Shown in pieces: positions 61,330-64,000 of a DNA stretch of 64,000 bases; within the stretch, counting starts at the first letter, position 1, and the number at the start of each line of letters is the position of its first letter. The stretch comes from Kiritimatiellia bacterium (GTDB lineage Bacteria; Verrucomicrobiota; Kiritimatiellia; RFP12; UBA1067), in contig JBMNFY010000006.1 in NCBI GenBank assembly GCA_050949565.1, positions 147,941 through 211,940 of the forward strand, given 5' to 3'. Position numbers and translations under genes: made by a program. The notes beneath the pieces are model-generated. The model made no database searches and had not been told where the DNA came from. It worked only from the letters and a program-made list of their open reading frames with translations.

Positions 61330-62012
61330 GCGACCGCCTTTATCTTGCGCTCTACTTCGACGCACCGCTGCAAAGCTGGGGGTACGCGAGCAAGTTCGAC
61401 CGCCGGACCACGCTCGCGCATCCCACCCGTAGCGGCGTGATCGGGCTGCTCTGCGCCGCCAGCGGCGTGGATCGCACCGATACCGAAAAGCTCCAATACT
61501 TGGATGAAGCATTGGAGATTGAGGCGTATACCTTTAAGCAGGGTACCCGTTTGATTGACTATCACACCGTCGGCGGGGGCTACGATCCTGAGACTCAGAA
61601 AGCATCGGTATGCAAGACAGGTAAAGGGGAAGTCCGAAAAAAAAACAAGGTAAGTTTGGCTGTGCTCACCTACCGCGAGTATCTGGAGGATACGCGGTGC
61701 GGCGCGGTGGTGTCCGGAGAGGCAGGGCTGATCCGCGAGCTTGCGGGGCATGTCGAGAATCCGGTCTGGGGCATCTGGCTCGGGCGTAAGGCGTGTGTGC
61801 CCGCCGCGCGCGTGTTCGAGGGTGTGCATGCGGACTGCGCGTCCGCTGTGGCCGCGCTCAGTCAGGCAGCGGGAGGGGGCTCGCCGATACGTGTCGTGCG
61901 CACTGCCGAGATCTTTGAGGAGGGTACCGACACGCTCATGGATCGTCCGCGATGTTTTGACACCAACGCGCGTCAATTCGCCCCGCGACGCATTTGCGTA
62001 GACACGGAGTGA
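61326..62012 (+). CDS. cas5: Type I-E Cas5 (CasD)
   Basis: DAPLQSWG..RRTTLAHPTRSGVIGLLCAASG, DYHTV, REYLED, LGRKACVP. Confidence 0.95.
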   Translation: MSDRLYLALYFDAPLQSWGYASKFDRRTTLAHPTRSGVIGLLCAASGVDRTDTEKLQYLDEALEIEAYTFKQGTRLIDYHTVGGGYDPETQKASVCKTGKGEVRKKNKVSLAVLTYREYLEDTRCGAVVSGEAGLIRELAGHVENPVWGIWLGRKACVPAARVFEGVHADCASAVAALSQAAGGGSPIRVVRTAEIFEEGTDTLMDRPRCFDTNARQFAPRRICVDTE

Positions 62013-62018
62013 GCCCTC

Positions 62019-62858
62019 ATGCCGATCTTTGAGAAACCGCCGCTGGAGACCCTGACACCCGCGCGCGAGCGCTGGACGCCGCTCTATCTCGAGCACGGGC
62101 GTATCGAGGTGGACGACTCCAGCGTCAAGTGGATCGGCGCGGACCGGACGGTCATGCGTTTGCCGGTGGCGTCGCTGAGCGTGCTGATGCTCGGGCCGGG
62201 CACGACGGTCACGCATGCCGCCATGAAAGCCTGCGCCGACTCCAACACCCCGGTCTGTTGGGTCGGCGCGGAAGGCATGCGGTTTTATGCCTTTGGCGTC
62301 ACGCCCACTCACGACAACGAACGGGCCAGGAAACAGGCCGAGATCGCATCGTCGCCCAAAAGGCGCGATGTGGTGGCGCGCCGCATGTTTGCGCGCCGCT
62401 TTCCGGATGTGGACGTGGGGGACGTGGCGCTGAAAGAACTGCGCGGCATGGAAGGCAGGCGCGTCAAGGCGCTCTACGCCGAGATGGGGCTGAAATACGG
62501 GGTCTCGTGGAAAGGCCGCAACTACGATGCAAACAACTGGGAGCTTGCTGACACGATCAACCGTGCCGTCTCTGCGGCTAACGCCGCGTTGTACGCGCTG
62601 ACGACCGCCGTGGTCTGCTCGATGGGCTATCTGCCGCAGTTGGGCTTTATCCACAGGGCATCCACATTGCCCTTTGTGTTCGACATCGCGGACATGTACA
62701 AACCCGAGACGACGCTGCCTGCCGCCTTCGAGACTGTGAGCCTAAACCCAGAAGCTGCCGAAGAGGAGACGATCGCCCGCCTCAAGTTTTTCATCGAGAA
62801 CACCAAGCTACTCAAGAGGATGCCTGTCGATATCGGCAAACTGTTGGAGGGGGCATGA
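62019..62858 (+). CDS. cas1: CRISPR integrase Cas1 (type I-E)
   Basis: LYLEHGRI, LGPGTTVTHAA, LRGMEGRRVK, GYLPQLGFIH, FVFDIADMYK. Confidence 0.97.
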   Translation: MPIFEKPPLETLTPARERWTPLYLEHGRIEVDDSSVKWIGADRTVMRLPVASLSVLMLGPGTTVTHAAMKACADSNTPVCWVGAEGMRFYAFGVTPTHDNERARKQAEIASSPKRRDVVARRMFARRFPDVDVGDVALKELRGMEGRRVKALYAEMGLKYGVSWKGRNYDANNWELADTINRAVSAANAALYALTTAVVCSMGYLPQLGFIHRASTLPFVFDIADMYKPETTLPAAFETVSLNPEAAEEETIARLKFFIENTKLLKRMPVDIGKLLEGA

Positions 62859-63154
62859 CGGTCATTATCGCCAACGATACGCCGCCGGCAATCAGAGGCT
62901 TGTTGAAGCGTTGGTTTATCGAGCCGCGCCCCAATGTGTTCGTCGGGTCCGTCAACGCCAGAACCCGCAACAACACGCTGGCCTATATCCGCCGGAACGC
63001 ATCCGGCCTAGGGCTGCTGGTCATCTATGATGACGACAGCTCGCAAGGGTTCGCTATCGAGGTGTCGGGGGACACCAAGCGCAGACCGGAGCGGCGTTGC
63101 GGGCTGGAGTTGATCGCGGAGACTTGGGACGAGGAGGATGCGGACGAGTGCTGA
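62855..63154 (+). CDS. cas2: Cas2 (type I-E)
   Basis: MTVIIANDTPPAIRGLLKRWFIEPRPNVFVG, SSQGF. Confidence 0.95.
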   Translation: MTVIIANDTPPAIRGLLKRWFIEPRPNVFVGSVNARTRNNTLAYIRRNASGLGLLVIYDDDSSQGFAIEVSGDTKRRPERRCGLELIAETWDEEDADEC

Positions 63155-63900
63155 CGCGATCCTTCTGCTGTTTTCGAGGATTATCAGTCGAAGCCGAGGC
63201 CATGCTTTGGCGCAGGGGGTGTTTGAGTTGGCGGCATTTTGGTATCGAAGCGCGGCGTGTGTTGTCGCCGGCCAAGAGCGCTTCCGTCATTGAGCAGCTT
63301 CCTCTTTTCAAAACAGCTTTGGAGGCGCGATCCGCCGATTTTTTTGTCGGCAGACTGCCTGCGGGGCATCGGCTACGGATTTTTCCCGCGTTCGTGCAGG
63401 ATGCGGCTTTTTTGGACATTGAAACAACGGGGCTGTCGCGTCAGGCGGTCGTCACGGTCATCAGCGTCCTGCAAAACGGGAAGATGCAGACGTTCGTTCG
63501 CGGGCGCAATTTGCATGATTTCATCCAAGTGTGGCAAGGGATGCGCGTCGTGCTGACTTTCAACGGGGCGTGTTTCGACCTGCCTTTTTTGATGCGCGAA
63601 TTCGGGTTTTCCTGCAAGCCCGCGCATATCGATTTGAAGCACGAAGCCAAGTGTTGGGGTTTGCGGGGCGGGCTCAAAGAGATCGAGAGCCGGCTTGGAT
63701 ATCGGAGAACCGATATCGAATCCGGAGACGGTGAAAAGGCTGTCGAGCTTTGGGAGACATACGAGATGACAGGCGATGCGATTCATTTGCAAAAACTGAT
63801 CGCGTACAACACCTGTGATGTACGCTCGCTTGAGTTGCTCGCCAGACGCATCTGGAAACTCTCCTGCCAGAACTATCCAGCGCCGCATCCTGCATCCTGA
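63148..63900 (+). CDS. RNase H-like DEDDy 3'-5' exonuclease (YprB/RNase_H_2-like)
   Basis: FLDIETTGL, TFNGACFDLPFL, HIDL, GGLKEIE, YNTCD; GTG start overlapping the cas2 stop, with RBS GAGGAGG. Confidence 0.88.
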   Translation: MLTRSFCCFRGLSVEAEAMLWRRGCLSWRHFGIEARRVLSPAKSASVIEQLPLFKTALEARSADFFVGRLPAGHRLRIFPAFVQDAAFLDIETTGLSRQAVVTVISVLQNGKMQTFVRGRNLHDFIQVWQGMRVVLTFNGACFDLPFLMREFGFSCKPAHIDLKHEAKCWGLRGGLKEIESRLGYRRTDIESGDGEKAVELWETYEMTGDAIHLQKLIAYNTCDVRSLELLARRIWKLSCQNYPAPHPAS

Positions 63901-63971
63901 TTTTTGATCTTTGACAATTGACACCCACTATTACTTGGGGTATCTTCCGTCCGTGACCACAAAATGTTGGC
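63901..63971 (+). promoter_or_regulatory. CRISPR leader with sigma70-like promoter
   Basis: AT-rich; TTGACA at 63918-63923, 17-bp spacer, TATCTT at 63941-63946. Confidence 0.7.
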
Positions 63972-64000
63972 CTTTTCCCCACGCACGTGGGGATGATCCG
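63972..64000 (+). CRISPR. First repeat of a type I-E CRISPR array (array presumably continues past the window)
   Basis: CTTTTCCCCACGCACGTGGGGATGATCCG: 29 nt with a CCCCACG/CGTGGGG stem and a typical I-E 3' end. Only one repeat is visible. Confidence 0.85.

Noticed and set aside
59043-62012. Order cas11-cas6e-cas7-cas5 as a novelty
   Set aside because: This is a known type I-E gene-order variant.
56526-62012. HNH fusion to Cas8e or Cas5
   Set aside because: Both proteins are of ordinary length and show no HNH motif at their termini.

Overview
GC-rich bacterial DNA. The gene style (many secreted carbohydrate-active and beta-propeller proteins, a MoxR operon, a C25 peptidase with a C-terminal export-type tail, abundant palindromic repeats) suggests a PVC-group anaerobe such as Kiritimatiellae/Lentisphaerae; this is inference. 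Positions 1-50 kb are mostly housekeeping and sugar-utilisation genes: an FHA-MoxR operon, NfeD/flotillin, fabH-fabF-fabZ, an amidohydrolase, apbE, a C25 peptidase, galM plus an SSS symporter, an acyl-CoA ligase, a radical SAM enzyme and glycoside hydrolases, one of which is split by an IS with a 10-bp target duplication. These genes are separated by modular REP-like/short-tandem-repeat cassettes. The last 12 kb hold an IS that truncates a TPR gene and abuts a type I-E CRISPR-Cas locus (cas3-cas8e-[X]-cas11-cas6e-cas7-cas5-cas1-cas2-[Y]-leader-first repeat). The main observation is that X is a HEAT-repeat/Zn-finger/PD-(D/E)xK-like nuclease gene overlapping both cas8e and cas11 inside the Cascade operon. 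Y is a stand-alone DEDDy exonuclease overlapping cas2. cas8e, cas7 and cas5 also carry sharply AT-rich internal blocks, suggesting segment swapping.
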